DNA from: Candidatus Izemoplasma sp.
GTDB lineage: Bacteria > Bacillota_I > Bacilli_A > Izemoplasmatales > Izemoplasmataceae
Assembly: GCA_007117835.1 (NCBI GenBank)
Contig: SKFU01000017.1
Span: 14,122 to 38,121 of the forward strand
Reading direction: 5' to 3'
Length of the DNA stretch: 24,000 bases
Each line of letters opens with the position of its first letter. Within the stretch, counting starts at the first letter, position 1. The notes beneath the pieces are model-generated. The model had not been told where the DNA came from, made no database searches, and worked only from the letters and a program-made list of their open reading frames with translations. Both the position numbers and the translations under genes were made by a program. Shown in pieces: positions 15,977 to 23,730 of the stretch.

Positions 15977-17050
15977 CTATAGTTTTAATGTCAATTGTTC
16001 TTGGAAGCTTCGTTTTTTTGATGACTTGTAAAGTTTCATCCACTTAGCACTTCTGCCTTTGCCAAGTGGTCTAATTTTGTTTTCTTCACGCATACGTTTA
16101 AGTGTTCGGTTAATGGTTGAATCGCTGACAGTCGGGTGTGCTTCGCGAATGTCTTCTTTAGTAAACACTTCATCCAAACGATTGATTGTGTTTTCTATAT
16201 AATCTGATTTATTAAACTGATGATCGAAAGTATAGTTTCGAATCGTCTCTGACACATCTTTATAGCATTCAAGTGTAATCTCAAGTAAAAAACGGTGGAG
16301 ATTCATCGTGTTTGATAACCCTTCATGCCAATTGTGTGACGCATCTTTTTGATGTTTTAAAAACACAACTTTTTGTTTGTGTATTTTTTCAAAAAAGCTA
16401 CTTAAGTGATAACAGCGATAGCCTTGAACTAACTGCAAAAGATAAAGCAATAAAAGGCCAATGGTTTCGTTGTGTTTAACAAAGGGTTTAATGTTGATAA
16501 AATCAATGTAAAAATTAGCGATGATAAACCCAGACTCAAAAGTCTGTTTTTTAATGAGCGTTTCATAACGATTGATCAAATCAATCAGCATTTCTCGTTT
16601 TGAGGTGTATGATGAGGCCATCAAGTCAATGTTACGTCGCTTATTTTTTTCCATTTTTGAAAATTGTAAACTTTGATCTGTGTCGATGTGTTGAAACAAA
16701 AACCGCAATAAATCATAGACTTCATTATGAATTAATTCAAAAGTATCCGCATCATGATGCATTTTCAAAAATGCTTGTTTAAGACGTGCAACAAGTAGTT
16801 CGTCTTTGTTTTTTGGTTGAGCATCCTTAGTAAGTAATTGTCGATAACGGCTGTCTGAAAGCGGGGCTTTAAACAACTGTGAAAAGTAAAAAGCATCTTG
16901 TTTAATGGTGTGCTCAATCAATGCTTCTTTGTCAGTCTGTACCGTATGCATCATCTCATGATTACGGCCAATATAAGGATATATTTGCAAGTATAGTTTA
17001 ACAATATCGTTCGGTATTTTAGCATGCTCAATATGATTTAAACAATGCAT
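15977..17050 (-). CDS. Hypothetical protein; likely a degenerate Fic/Fido-fold domain with a C-terminal winged-helix HTH
   Basis: 357 aa. FIIANFYIDFINIKPFVKHNETIGLLLLYLLQLVQGY lines up with the Fic core h..F..IHPFxDGNGRxxRLL..L.L...G. However, the catalytic His is Lys and the GNGR residues are lost. The C-terminus TVSDSTINRTLKRMREENKIRPLGKGRSAKWMKL looks like the wHTH of COG3177-type Fic proteins. The call is by eye only. Confidence 0.45.
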   Translation of the reverse strand: MHCLNHIEHAKIPNDIVKLYLQIYPYIGRNHEMMHTVQTDKEALIEHTIKQDAFYFSQLFKAPLSDSRYRQLLTKDAQPKNKDELLVARLKQAFLKMHHDADTFELIHNEVYDLLRFLFQHIDTDQSLQFSKMEKNKRRNIDLMASSYTSKREMLIDLINRYETLIKKQTFESGFIIANFYIDFINIKPFVKHNETIGLLLLYLLQLVQGYRCYHLSSFFEKIHKQKVVFLKHQKDASHNWHEGLSNTMNLHRFLLEITLECYKDVSETIRNYTFDHQFNKSDYIENTINRLDEVFTKEDIREAHPTVSDSTINRTLKRMREENKIRPLGKGRSAKWMKLYKSSKKRSFQEQLTLKL

Positions 17051-17064
17051 TGTATCACTTCTTT

Positions 17065-19584
17065 CTAATCATCAAATAAGGTTGGTTGTACAGTGCTTGG
17101 ACTCACTTCTTTTTGATAATTACTGATCGGTGCAATGGACTCTTCTGTTTCTTTAATTGAATCTATCATCATATGCAAGGGGTGTCCATGACGCGGCTTA
17201 ATATATTGCTTGCCTGCTTCTGCGGCAATGAGTTTAACTTCAAATGCATTGATGCGTTTATACATTTTATCGGTGACCACATGAATCGCGGCACGGTTTT
17301 TATATTGAACGCTGTTTAACAATGCCAAATCGACCACAAAATAAGGGTTGGTTTTCACTTGTTTAAATAATGGTGCCCCTTTGAGTGCGCGGCGTTTTTT
17401 GATAATTGTTGAAATATCGACACGTTTGAGTGTCCCGCGTGTGGTGAGTACCAACATATCATGAAAATCTTGACATGCAATGGATGCAGCAAGTTGGTGT
17501 TTGGCAGAAAGACTCATCGCTTTAACACCTTTAGCGAGTATGCCGGTGACCGGTATTTCACTTAAATCATAGCGCAATGCATGACCGTAATTTGACACTG
17601 AAACAACTTCATGACTCAGATCATTGACGATACTGACATGAACCAACACATCATCCACATTCAGGCCGATGGCTTTTAAAGGACGGTTATAGCGAATCGC
17701 TTGAAACTCATGAATTTTAGTCAGTTTCACAAGATTTTTCTGGGTAGTGAATAATAAATATTGTTCAATGTTAAAATCAGAAACCACATGCACAAAAATA
17801 ATTTCATCCGATAAATCCATTTGAATGAGCGTATTTAAGTGAATCCCAATGTCTTTCCATTTGCTTTCAGGCACTTTATAAATAGGTAAGAAAATATAGT
17901 TGCCCTGTTTGGTAAAAATTAGCAACGTGTCAAGCGTCGACACTTCACCGACAAACATAAATGCATCACGTTCTTTTAGCGTGGCATGTTCGGTTGCTTT
18001 ATAACTACGGATACGCGCTTGACGAACATAACCTTCTTTGGTCAATCCGACCATGACTTGCTCGGATTGAATCAACGCCTGTTCTTCGACGGTAATACGC
18101 TCTATTGTTTCTTCGATTTCGGTTATTCTTGGCGTTTTAATCAAACGCATCACTTCTTTTAACTCTTTTTTAATCACTTGTTCTAAAACATCTTCATTCG
18201 ATAAGATGTTGTTCAATGCTTGAACCCAGTCTTGCAATCCATTTTTTTCTTTGATGAGTTGACTTAAATCAGTATTTGATAAACGGTATAGTTGTAATGT
18301 TAAAATGGCTTCGGCTTGTTCTTCACTAAAGCCACATGTGTTCATTAACCGTTTTTTGGCATCGGCTTTGCCTTTTGATTGACGGATGAGTTCAATGACT
18401 TGGTCTAATATACCCATCATCTTGATGATACCATCGACAATGTGCAAACGGCGTTGTGCTTTTCTTAAATCGAAGTTTGAACGATTCGTAACCACTTCTT
18501 TTTGATGGTATATGTATGCATCAAATATGGCCAAAATACCCATCAGTTGAGGACGTTTTTGATTGATGGCGACCATATTGTAATTGAATGATTTGGTTAA
18601 GTCTGTTTTTTTATGTAAAAAGTTTAAAATTGCTTCAGGATCAAATGCTTTCTTAATATCAACAACAATGCGTAACCCTTCGGATGATGATTCATCGCGG
18701 ACTTCAACGATGCCATCAATTTTTTTACCCAAACGTAGTTCGTCTATTTTGCGTACAAGGCTTGCTTTATTCACATCGTATGGGATTTCAGTAATGATTA
18801 TTTGATCGGCTGTACATGTCGCTTTTGATTTAATGATGATGCGCCCTCGACCTGTTTCAAAAGCCTCTTTAATGCCTTCTTGTCCTTGAACGATGGCACC
18901 CGTTGGAAAATCGGGGCCTTTAACGATTTTAAGCATATCATCGATGGTGCATTGTGGTTGGTCAATACGTTTAATCACGCCTTTAATAATTTCAGTTAAA
19001 TTATGGGGTGGGATTTCGGTCGCATAACCTGCAGATATACCACTTGAACCATTGACTAAAATATTGGGGAAACGCGCGGGTAATACTACGGGTTCATACT
19101 CCTCATCATCAAAATTCGGAATAAAATTAACGGTGCGTTTGTCTATGTCTTTAAGCAAGTACTCGCTTGCGAGTGCCAATCGTGCTTCAGTGTATCGCAT
19201 CGCTGCGGCACTGTCACCATCGATTGATCCATTGTTTCCGTGCATGTCAATCAGCTGAATGCGCATTTTCCACGCTTGGCTTAACCTAACCATCGCATCG
19301 TAGACACTCGAATCACCATGTGGATGATATTTACCGATAACATCACCAACAATGCGTGCTGACTTTTTATAGGGTTGGTCATGAAACATACGCAACATAT
19401 GCATTGCGTATAATATTCTTCTTTGGACAGGTTTTAACCCATCTCTAACATCAGGAAGGGCGCGCTCTTGAATGATGTATTTGGAGTAACGTCCAAAACG
19501 TTCACCAACGATGTCTTCTAAGTTTTCATCAAGTATTCGACCTTCGACAAATGCGTCGATAAGTTCTGAGATTTTTTTTGTCAT
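17065..19584 (-). CDS. parC: DNA topoisomerase IV subunit A
   Basis: The N-terminus FGRYSKYIIQERALPDVRDGLKPVQRRILYAM is the Gram-positive ParC/GrlA signature, and AAMRYTE carries the catalytic Tyr. It follows parE after 4 nt, with plsY adjacent as in Bacillus. Confidence 0.93.
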   Translation of the reverse strand: MTKKISELIDAFVEGRILDENLEDIVGERFGRYSKYIIQERALPDVRDGLKPVQRRILYAMHMLRMFHDQPYKKSARIVGDVIGKYHPHGDSSVYDAMVRLSQAWKMRIQLIDMHGNNGSIDGDSAAAMRYTEARLALASEYLLKDIDKRTVNFIPNFDDEEYEPVVLPARFPNILVNGSSGISAGYATEIPPHNLTEIIKGVIKRIDQPQCTIDDMLKIVKGPDFPTGAIVQGQEGIKEAFETGRGRIIIKSKATCTADQIIITEIPYDVNKASLVRKIDELRLGKKIDGIVEVRDESSSEGLRIVVDIKKAFDPEAILNFLHKKTDLTKSFNYNMVAINQKRPQLMGILAIFDAYIYHQKEVVTNRSNFDLRKAQRRLHIVDGIIKMMGILDQVIELIRQSKGKADAKKRLMNTCGFSEEQAEAILTLQLYRLSNTDLSQLIKEKNGLQDWVQALNNILSNEDVLEQVIKKELKEVMRLIKTPRITEIEETIERITVEEQALIQSEQVMVGLTKEGYVRQARIRSYKATEHATLKERDAFMFVGEVSTLDTLLIFTKQGNYIFLPIYKVPESKWKDIGIHLNTLIQMDLSDEIIFVHVVSDFNIEQYLLFTTQKNLVKLTKIHEFQAIRYNRPLKAIGLNVDDVLVHVSIVNDLSHEVVSVSNYGHALRYDLSEIPVTGILAKGVKAMSLSAKHQLAASIACQDFHDMLVLTTRGTLKRVDISTIIKKRRALKGAPLFKQVKTNPYFVVDLALLNSVQYKNRAAIHVVTDKMYKRINAFEVKLIAAEAGKQYIKPRHGHPLHMMIDSIKETEESIAPISNYQKEVSPSTVQPTLFDD

Positions 19585-19588
19585 CGCC

Positions 19589-21526
19589 CTACTCCTTTAT
19601 CGTAAAGTTATCTTCATTCGTAAATGTTACATTGGCTTCAATCCAGTCACGGCGCGGTTCTACCTGATCACCCATCAATATTTTAATGCGTTTTTCTGCA
19701 TCTGCCAAATCATCGATGGTGACTTTTATCAAAGTTCTTGTTTCTGGGTTCATGGTTGTTTCAAAGAGTTGGTCTGCGTTCATTTCTCCTAACCCTTTAA
19801 ACCGTTGTATATTGATTGGTTTTTTCGCTTCAATCATCGCTTGCAACTCATCGTCGTTCCACGCATAAGCAACCTCAGTTTTTTTGCGATCTTTAAACGA
19901 TATTTTATATAGCGGTGGCAAAGCAATAAAGATTTTTCCCGCATCGATTAACTGACGCATATAACGGAAAAAGAAGGTCAGTAAAAGCACCTGAATATGT
20001 GCCCCATCAGTGTCGGCATCAGTCATGATGATAATTTTGTTGTACTGGCACTGAGACAAATCAAAATCACTACTTAATCCAGCGCCGATGGTGTGAATAA
20101 TGGTGTTGATTTCTTCGTTTTTCAAGACGTCTTCAATGCGTGCTTTTTCCGTGTTAATGACTTTACCTCTTAACGGCAAAATCGCTTGAAAACGACGATC
20201 ACGCCCTTGTTTAGCACTCCCACCGGCAGAGTCTCCCTCGACTAAATACAGTTCTAATCGGGTTTTATCTTTCAGTTGAGCTGGGGCTAGTTTTCCTGAT
20301 AAAAGCGGTTCTTTTTTGCGGTGTTTTTTTTCTAACCGTGCTTCTTCCCGCGCTTTTCTTGCGGCTTCACGTGCATTTTGTGCTTTCATCGCACGCTCAA
20401 TAAGCATGTTCGTAAGTTGAGGGTTTTCTTCAAAGAAATAAGTCAATTTCTCGGAAATAATTTGTTCTACTGCAGTGCGTGCTTCTGGGGTGCCCAACTT
20501 ATTTTTAGTTTGGCCTTCAAACTGCAGTAAGTGTTCAGGGATGCGAATCGAAACAATACTGCTTAATCCTTCACGAATATCGGCACCTTCAAGCTTTTTA
20601 CTTTTATCTTTAAGACTGCCGTTTTTACTGGCATACTCATTAAATAGTTTGGTCAGCGCCGCTTTAAATCCAGTCTCATGTGTACCGCCATCACGCGTTC
20701 TTACATTATTAACAAATGAAATCAGTTGATCAGTGTATGCGGTAGTAAACTGAAAAGCAACTTCAACTTCAATTTGATCAAACTCCCCTTCAAAAAAGAC
20801 GGTGTCATGAATCACTTGCTTATTTTGGTTTAAATACCCAATATACGATAAAATCCCATCTTCGTAAAGATAGGTCTCTTTTTGTTTTGAGCGGTCATCG
20901 ATAAGCACCATTTTTAATCCCTTAATTAAATACGCACTCTCTTTTAATCGTTCAGATAAAGTTTGAAAATTAAATACTGTGGTTGAAAATACATCAGAAT
21001 CCGGTTTAAACCAGACAATGGTTCCTGTGCGCTTGTTTTCACCAATTATTTTCAGTGGTGTAACCTGTTTACCGCCTTCTGAAAAACGCATGTTAAAGCT
21101 TTGACCTTGACGGTTAACGGTAACATCTAAGTACTCACTTAGTGCATTCACGACACTTGCACCCACACCATGAAGACCACCAGAAACTTTATAACCACCG
21201 GCTTGACCAAACTTACCGCCGGCATGAAGTTTTGTATAAATGATTTCAATCGCAGTTTTACCCGTCACGTGATTTTCAACAGGAACACCACGACCAAAAT
21301 CTTGTACAACCACACTGTTATCTTCTTTTATTGTAACGATGATTTCCTTGCCATAACCCGCCAGTACTTCATCGATAGCATTATCCACAATTTCCCATAC
21401 CAAATGATGCAGTCCCCGAGCATCGGTTGAACCGACATACATCCCAGGTCTTTTTCTGACTGCATCTAATTCTTCCAATATCTGAATTGAATCCGCGTTA
21501 TAATTGTCTAAAGTCTTATCCACCAT
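19589..21526 (-). CDS. parE: DNA topoisomerase IV subunit B
   Basis: GHKL ATPase motifs (VRKRPGMY.GST, LHHLVWEIVDNAIDE, GGLHGVGASVVNALS), Toprim motifs (ELYLVEGDSAGGSAKQGRDR, PLRGK.LN-like PLRGKVIN, IIIMTDADTDGAHI). The parE versus gyrB assignment rests on synteny with parC and plsY. Confidence 0.93.
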   Translation of the reverse strand: MVDKTLDNYNADSIQILEELDAVRKRPGMYVGSTDARGLHHLVWEIVDNAIDEVLAGYGKEIIVTIKEDNSVVVQDFGRGVPVENHVTGKTAIEIIYTKLHAGGKFGQAGGYKVSGGLHGVGASVVNALSEYLDVTVNRQGQSFNMRFSEGGKQVTPLKIIGENKRTGTIVWFKPDSDVFSTTVFNFQTLSERLKESAYLIKGLKMVLIDDRSKQKETYLYEDGILSYIGYLNQNKQVIHDTVFFEGEFDQIEVEVAFQFTTAYTDQLISFVNNVRTRDGGTHETGFKAALTKLFNEYASKNGSLKDKSKKLEGADIREGLSSIVSIRIPEHLLQFEGQTKNKLGTPEARTAVEQIISEKLTYFFEENPQLTNMLIERAMKAQNAREAARKAREEARLEKKHRKKEPLLSGKLAPAQLKDKTRLELYLVEGDSAGGSAKQGRDRRFQAILPLRGKVINTEKARIEDVLKNEEINTIIHTIGAGLSSDFDLSQCQYNKIIIMTDADTDGAHIQVLLLTFFFRYMRQLIDAGKIFIALPPLYKISFKDRKKTEVAYAWNDDELQAMIEAKKPINIQRFKGLGEMNADQLFETTMNPETRTLIKVTIDDLADAEKRIKILMGDQVEPRRDWIEANVTFTNEDNFTIKE

Positions 21527-21557
21527 GTTGGCACGTCCTTTTCTAACTCATTAGTTA

Positions 21558-21566
21558 ATTATATCA
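21558..21566 (-). promoter_or_regulatory. Candidate extended -10 promoter (TGATATAAT) for parE-parC-(Fic-like)-argS
   Basis: The complement of 21558..21566 reads TGATATAAT, 31 nt upstream of the parE ATG in the divergent parE/plsY gap. The -35 (TACAAA, 17-nt spacer) is weak. Confidence 0.4.
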
Positions 21567-21607
21567 AAAACTCACCATGTTTTGTAGTGTCTTTTTTTAT
21601 TTTGTTA

Positions 21608-21616
21608 TGCTATAAT
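21608..21616 (+). promoter_or_regulatory. Candidate extended -10 promoter (TGCTATAAT) for plsY
   Basis: TGCTATAAT on the plus strand, 34 nt upstream of the plsY ATG. No clear -35 is present. Confidence 0.4.
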
Positions 21617-21650
21617 TGTTACACATTAATAGACTAAAGGAGTTGTGACG

Positions 21651-22322
21651 ATGGCCTATATTTTATTATTCATTGGATACCTAATTGGTTCAATCCCTTT
21701 TTCCATCATTTTAGGGAAATTAATTAAAGGTATCGACATCAGACAACATGGTTCTGGCAATCCTGGCACAACCAACGCAATGCGGGTTTTAGGACGCAAA
21801 ATGGGCACAGTCATATTTATTTTAGATGTGCTAAAAGGTGGATCCTTAATATTTTTGATTCAAATCGGACTCCTCGATGGCATTGATAATTTATTACACC
21901 CACTACTGTATGGATTAACCGCTGTAATCGGTCATATTTACCCTGTTTTTTTAAAGTTTAAAGGTGGTAAAGCCGTGGCTACAAGCGTCGGTATTTTCTT
22001 GTTTTATGCACCGCTTTTAGGCATTATCGGACTCACTGGTTACGTGGTCGGATTAAAACTTACACGCTACGTCAGTATTGGTTCGACTTTGGGGGCGTTT
22101 GCCTTATTAGTAACCAGCATATCCGTGTTCATTTTTGGGCCTAAAGAACCCTCGTTTTGGGTATACTTACTCGGTCCAAGAGGCGATATTTTCTTACCCC
22201 TTGTTTCGATCATCGGCGTCAGTTTCATTTTTTACAGGCACCGAGCAAATTTTAAACGCATCATTAATGGCACAGAACCAGAAAGCCAGTGGCTCCAAAA
22301 AAAAGAAGATCGTAAGGCATAA
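21651..22322 (+). CDS. plsY: Glycerol-3-phosphate acyltransferase (acyl-phosphate dependent)
   Basis: Motifs GSIPF, HGSGNPGTTN and KGGKAVATS in a polytopic protein. The ATG at 21651 is 8 nt after GGAG (21639..21642). The GTG at 21645 in the ORF track is only 2 nt from that Shine-Dalgarno sequence. Confidence 0.93.
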   Translation: MAYILLFIGYLIGSIPFSIILGKLIKGIDIRQHGSGNPGTTNAMRVLGRKMGTVIFILDVLKGGSLIFLIQIGLLDGIDNLLHPLLYGLTAVIGHIYPVFLKFKGGKAVATSVGIFLFYAPLLGIIGLTGYVVGLKLTRYVSIGSTLGAFALLVTSISVFIFGPKEPSFWVYLLGPRGDIFLPLVSIIGVSFIFYRHRANFKRIINGTEPESQWLQKKEDRKA

Positions 22323-22339
22323 ACTGCGATCTTCTTTTT
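22303..22339 (+). terminator. plsY rho-independent terminator
   Basis: A 10-bp stem AAGAAGATCG (22303..22312) / CGATCTTCTT (22327..22336) runs into a T-tract (to 22339). The 5' arm lies inside the last plsY codons. Confidence 0.7.
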
Positions 22340-22346
22340 AAATCCA

Positions 22347-22375
22347 CAAAAAAACTTCATCTTTTGACGAAGTTT
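22347..22375 (-). terminator. yneF rho-independent terminator
   Basis: Minus-strand stem AAACTTC/GAAGTTT (22352..22358 with 22369..22375) and a 10-nt loop, followed by a U-run (A-run 22347..22354 on plus). It is convergent with the plsY terminator. Confidence 0.6.
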
Positions 22376-22589
22376 ATTGTTGTGAACGCATGGCTTGCAT
22401 TACTTGACGCACTTGTTTTTCAGAAGGTTTTCTTCCCATTTGCATCATCATTGCACGCACCATATTTTCATTGATCGGTGGATTTTTTTCTAAATAGCGT
22501 TTAAAGTAGCGTTGTGAAGCAAAAAAGCCAATCACTAACCCTAAAATTAACGCCACCACGATTAAAACAATTGCGACCCATAATTGCAT
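22374..22589 (-). CDS. yneF: UPF0154 family small membrane protein (YneF-like)
   Basis: One N-terminal TM segment, then [29 protein letters not shown], which matches the conserved YneF core (NPPINE.M.R.MM.QMG.KPS.K). The ATG at 22589 is 8 nt after AAGGAG. The ORF-track start at 22598 is a GTG inside that RBS. Confidence 0.85.
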   Translation of the reverse strand: MQLWVAIVLIVVALILGLVIGFFASQRYFKRYLEKNPPINENMVRAMMMQMGRKPSEKQVRQVMQAMRSQQ

Positions 22590-22618
22590 CGTATTCACTC
22601 CTTATCATTTACGTAAAC

Positions 22619-22647
22619 ATTATAGACAAACTTCATTAAAATAGCAA
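22619..22647 (-). promoter_or_regulatory. yneF promoter
   Basis: The minus strand reads TTGCTA (complement of 22642..22647), a 17-nt spacer, then TATAAT (complement of 22619..22624). Confidence 0.55.
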
Positions 22648-22722
22648 GTAATTAAACCAGTATTTCAGTGATATCAATAGGTTAGAAATCTTTTAAATAA
22701 GAGCGTATTCATAGAAATCATA

Positions 22723-22751
22723 TTTACAAAACTCAAGAAGTGCTATACAAT
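22723..22751 (+). promoter_or_regulatory. Ferredoxin promoter
   Basis: TTTACA (22723..22728), a 17-nt spacer, then TACAAT (22746..22751). An upstream TG also allows the alternative reading TGCTATACA. Confidence 0.55.
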
Positions 22752-22781
22752 GTGACTATAAGATTAAGAGGAGGGTTCATA

Positions 22782-22952
22782 ATGCCAAGAAGAATTACAG
22801 ACGAATGTATCGCAACTGGAACATGTGTTGCTGAATGCCCTGTAGATTGTATTGCTGAAGGAGAAGAAATTTACGTTATCGATGAAGACGTATGCATCGA
22901 TTGTGGTGCCTGTGAAGTTGTTTGTCCTGTCGATGCAATCATCGAAGTTTAA
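22782..22952 (+). CDS. Clostridial-type 2x[4Fe-4S] ferredoxin (56 aa)
   Basis: Two cluster motifs: CIATGTCVAECP and CIDCGACEVVCP. The ATG at 22782 is 7 nt after AGAGGAGGG. The upstream in-frame extension to 22740 starts inside the promoter and is rejected. Confidence 0.93.
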   Translation: MPRRITDECIATGTCVAECPVDCIAEGEEIYVIDEDVCIDCGACEVVCPVDAIIEV

Positions 22953-22970
22953 ACCCAATTGTTTTATTCA

Positions 22971-23000
22971 AAAAAAAGTTGCCATGTGGCAACTTTTTTT
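22971..23000 (+). terminator. Ferredoxin terminator (symmetrical A7-stem-T7)
   Basis: AAAAAAA-GTTGCC-ATGT-GGCAAC-TTTTTTT, followed by more T residues. Confidence 0.8.
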
Positions 23001-23058
23001 ATTTTTTTACTGATTTGGTCATTCAACAGCATTATTATGGTGTATTTTTATCTTCTTA

Positions 23059-23067
23059 TGTTATAAT
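23059..23067 (+). promoter_or_regulatory. Candidate extended -10 promoter (TGTTATAAT) for the pseudopilin cluster
   Basis: TGTTATAAT lies 36 nt upstream of the ATG at 23104 and downstream of the ferredoxin terminator. Confidence 0.4.
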
Positions 23068-23103
23068 AAAGAAAAAAAATAAGCAAAGAAAGGGGCGATG
23101 CAA

Positions 23104-23730
23104 ATGCGCCAAAACAAAGGGTTTTCATTGATTGAAATGCTCGCAGCACTGTTGGTGACATCAGCCATTATTGTCCCGCTTCTTTTTTCATTAACTGCCA
23201 GTGTTGCAACCAATGATATTATGATTAAGCGCAGTGTTGCAACATCAATGACAAGCGCTGCATTACAGGGATTTCAAACGATGTACTATACCGATATAGA
23301 AAACAAAATTAACGATATAGGCAATGGTCATTTCTTAGCCTTTAATCGAGACAATGGTTGTAGTATTCTTAGAAATAATCGCCCGTTCTCGCCAACAAGC
23401 ATTCAAACTGCAGCGAATAATCGGGCATTGTGTGATAATATTTTCGAAATCCAAAACATCAATACCACATTTGATGGCAATCAGTATCAAGTCTTTGTTT
23501 ATCCGTTTCAAGTCGAGGCTGCAAACCTAACTGCCTATCAAAACGCAATTGATCAAGCGCATGTAAATGGGATAATCCCTGATGAGACATTGCGTGATTT
23601 AATGAAAAATATTCCAGTTGGACAATCGATTAACATTTTGCGTGTAACCGTTTGGATTCAGTATGGTGATGGATCGAATCAAGTTGTGATTCGTAGTGGC
23701 CTATTATCACCTGAAATGGAGTTGGATTAG
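23104..23730 (+). CDS. Prepilin-type N-terminal cleavage/methylation domain protein (large pseudopilin/minor pilin)
   Basis: The N-terminus MRQNKG|FSLIEMLAALLVTSAII has a short basic leader, Gly at -1, Phe at +1, Glu at +5 and a hydrophobic helix. The ATG at 23104 is 8 nt after AAAGGGG; the ATG at 23098 is only 2 nt after it. I recognise no family in the remaining ~180 aa; there are two Cys residues 26 aa apart. Confidence 0.8.
   Translation: MRQNKGFSLIEMLAALLVTSAIIVPLLFSLTASVATNDIMIKRSVATSMTSAALQGFQTMYYTDIENKINDIGNGHFLAFNRDNGCSILRNNRPFSPTSIQTAANNRALCDNIFEIQNINTTFDGNQYQVFVYPFQVEAANLTAYQNAIDQAHVNGIIPDETLRDLMKNIPVGQSINILRVTVWIQYGDGSNQVVIRSGLLSPEMELD

Noticed and set aside
22740-23131. An N-terminal extension of the ferredoxin ORF from GTG 22740, the antisense ORF 22764..22958, and the ORF 22922..23131.
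   Set aside because: The extension begins inside the -10 region, whereas a strong RBS precedes the ATG at 22782. The antisense ORF mirrors the Cys-rich ferredoxin gene. The last ORF runs through the ferredoxin terminator hairpin and the next promoter.
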